Below, in pieces: positions 61,895 through 64,000 of a stretch of 64,000 nt of DNA. A program made the position numbers and the translations under genes. Position 1 is the stretch's first letter, and each line of letters starts with the position of its first letter. Source of the stretch: Amoebidium appalachense (lineage: Eukaryota > Protista > Ichthyosporea); assembly GCA_963693365.1 (NCBI GenBank), contig CAVNZM010000004.1, positions 5,706,564-5,770,563 on the forward strand. The letters run 5' to 3'. Under the pieces are notes generated by a model, which was given only the letters and a program-made list of their open reading frames with translations, was not told the DNA's origin and ran no database searches.

Positions 61895-64000
61895 TTAGCC
61901 TATGCAGTGCACCCAAGCCCACCCACCGGTCTGGGTGTTGTGTTGACACGCCTGGCACACCGTGCTGGTGATGCTGGCATGTGCCCGGGTTGTCACTGCA
62001 ACCCATGGGGTCAGCACCGCCGGCCCACCGCCATGCCCCGCCTTTGTCGGCCCTGACCGGCAGCTGCTAACCTGAGGGGCCAGGCTGCAGGCAGCCTGGG
62101 CCTCAAAGTCGGTGGGGTCCAGGGGCACGGTGAAGATTTCAGCATAGGCCGCTATCATGGTCTCCACCACCTGCAGCCCGCCCCCTCAGTGCACGCCCCA
62201 GCCACCAGCAGGGGCCCAGGCCAGCACCGCACCTTCCGCTGGGGGCCCATGGCAGCCATCATGTAGTCCGGGTCCTCGTTGCTGGCCGCAAACAGCGACG
62301 GTGCAAACACAATCGCAAGGTTGTCTGCCTGCAGTGCCCCAAGGTTTAACCACCCAGCCATGCGTGACCGGTTGTGCGTGCAGGCCTAACATGTGCCTCC
62401 CGTAATTATGGTCCCTTCGCACTGATTAAAACCCCCTCGACCCAAACTCGAAAGCCAACTTTTTGCTCTATCGTAAGGCCAACTGTTTGTTAGCGACACC
62501 CAAACGCAAAGAATTGGATTCGGATATCTGTAATTCTTGATATAAGAACATTTGCCACCAGATGCCGGCCGTTTTCACGTCTGGACAGCCATTCAATCCT
62601 CAAAATGGTCTGGTTTTAAAAACAAACTATAAATTAACATAGGATGGATGTTAGCTATGGGACGTCAATGTCAGTTCGATCGATTCTAGTCGCGCTTTCA
62701 GTGTGTCTTGTCGTGCAAGGTAATGGTGTTAAGCGCATACCACAACAAGGACACCGCCCTGAGAACCAAAGCAGGCTGCAGGTGAGTCCCTACCTTTGCC
62801 ACACACCCACGGACACCACACGCTTGGGGCAGGCACGCACCGTCATCTTGTTTGTGTCTGCGGCCGCAGCCACCGTGCTCAGGTGCTGCATCAGGGCTGC
62901 CAGAGTGGCAAAGGCGCGCTCCTGCAGTTGGTATTGCGCCAGGTAGGCCACCGTACGCACCCGCAGCCTGTCGTCAGCTATCTGCCCGGCCCGGGTGAAG
63001 GCGTCGCTGACGGAGCCCAAAATGCCGTCGGGCAGGTCACGGAAGTACTGCTTGAGGCACGAGCTGGCCCGCCCCGTGTGGGCCCCCGCACCTGGGCGCA
63101 GGGGGGCAAGGGGGGGGTGGCGTACCTGACGCAGTGGATGTCGTCCCACTTGCTGTCGGCTAGGTCCACGGCGCTGTCGTCCTGGTCAAACTCCACCCGC
63201 AGTGCCTGCCCCCCCACCCCTCAGCCCCGGCCCAGGCCCCCCTCAGGCGTCCTCGGGTGCCTGCCTCGCTGGCTATCTTGGAGCCGGCCTGGCGGTAGAT
63301 GCCGACCTCGTCCACGCCCCGGCGGGCCACCTCGGCTATGCACTTGGCCACCACCAGTGGCACGGTCTGCTGCGCCGGCCGGTCACGGAAGTAGCTGCCC
63401 AGCGGCGTGCCAAATGACCTGTTGTGGCCCCGCCCGCCCGCCTGCCTGGCCCTCAACCCGGGCCCCGTGCAGCCTGCGCCCTGGGGGGCATGCACCTACC
63501 TGGCCAAACCAGCCCAGCCGCCGTCCTCGCAGCCGCTTGTCCGCCCCGGCAGCGTCGATGCCAGCAGGCCCCTTGGCCTCGTCCCTGGCTGCTGTGCAGC
63601 GTTGCTAAGCCCCGGGTGCAAGAGGGACATCAGCAACCTGCACAGCGGAGGGGGGGGGGGAGGGGGGGAGGGCCGGGAAGTTACCGGGGGAGTCTGCAGG
63701 CAGAAGGCCTCGACCGTGCGGCAAAACTGCGCCACGTCCTCCTCTGTGTCGACCTCAAACCGCCACTCACAGCTGCACCCTCCCCGACCGGTCAGCCCCA
63801 TCCCCACCCCTCAACCCCCTCACGGTCAGGCTGCTGGCACGCACCTGTCCGAGCGCAAGCAGAACGTCTTGCGTGCAGCCCGGGGCAGCTCCAGGTAGCA
63901 CTCCCGCAGTGAGATGCGCACGGGTGGCGGGGCACGGGTCATGTCTGGAGTGCGATAGAGGAACAGGCCGTAGCCGCGCACGGCAGCAAAGTACGTGCGG
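61895..64000 (-). CDS. Multi-exon PH-domain + Rho GTPase-activating protein (RhoGAP); 5' part outside the window, 3' end uncertain
   Basis: Exons ~64000-63845, 63772-63685, 63637-63500, 63418-~63265, 63205-63126, 63063-62841, 62328-62233, 62170-. RhoGAP motifs FGTPL, VPLVVAKCI, GIYRQAG (arginine finger), CLKQYFRDLPD, NKMT/ADNLAIVFAPSL, VVETMI; PH-like YFAAVRGYGLFLY...WRFEVDTEED. Confidence 0.88.

Noticed and set aside
62405-62780. AT-richer block in the longest RhoGAP intron as a MITE
   Set aside because: I could not find terminal repeats or a TSD.

Overview
Eukaryotic, transposon-dominated window; the intron style and TE content suggest a unicellular opisthokont or fungus-like genome, which is inference only. 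1-21.9 kb: a cluster of tyrosine-recombinase retrotransposons (Ngaro/DIRS group, split direct repeats A1-ORF1-RT/RH-YR-B1-A2-C-B2). It holds two full-length copies, several solo or partial terminal units and a diverged second family. Three of these insertions interrupt one LINE, whose ~1015-codon APE-RT ORF can be rebuilt in frame across AAT/AT crossover cores. 22.3-43.3 kb: a ~21-kb DNA transposon with 14-bp TIRs (CATCAGCAATCTCC) and a TA duplication, inserted in a Ty3/Gypsy chromovirus. It carries spliced Plavaka-like transposase remnants, three tandem-repeat arrays, a divergent spliced gene and a nested copy of the same chromovirus. That nested copy has a footprint-like 4-bp insertion at exactly the homologous TA site. 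43.3-59.3 kb: the rest of the host chromovirus, an older relative, and a young full-length copy with a GAACC TSD. 61.9-64 kb: 3' part of a multi-exon PH + RhoGAP host gene on the minus strand. Family assignments come from motif recognition by eye; no database searches were run.
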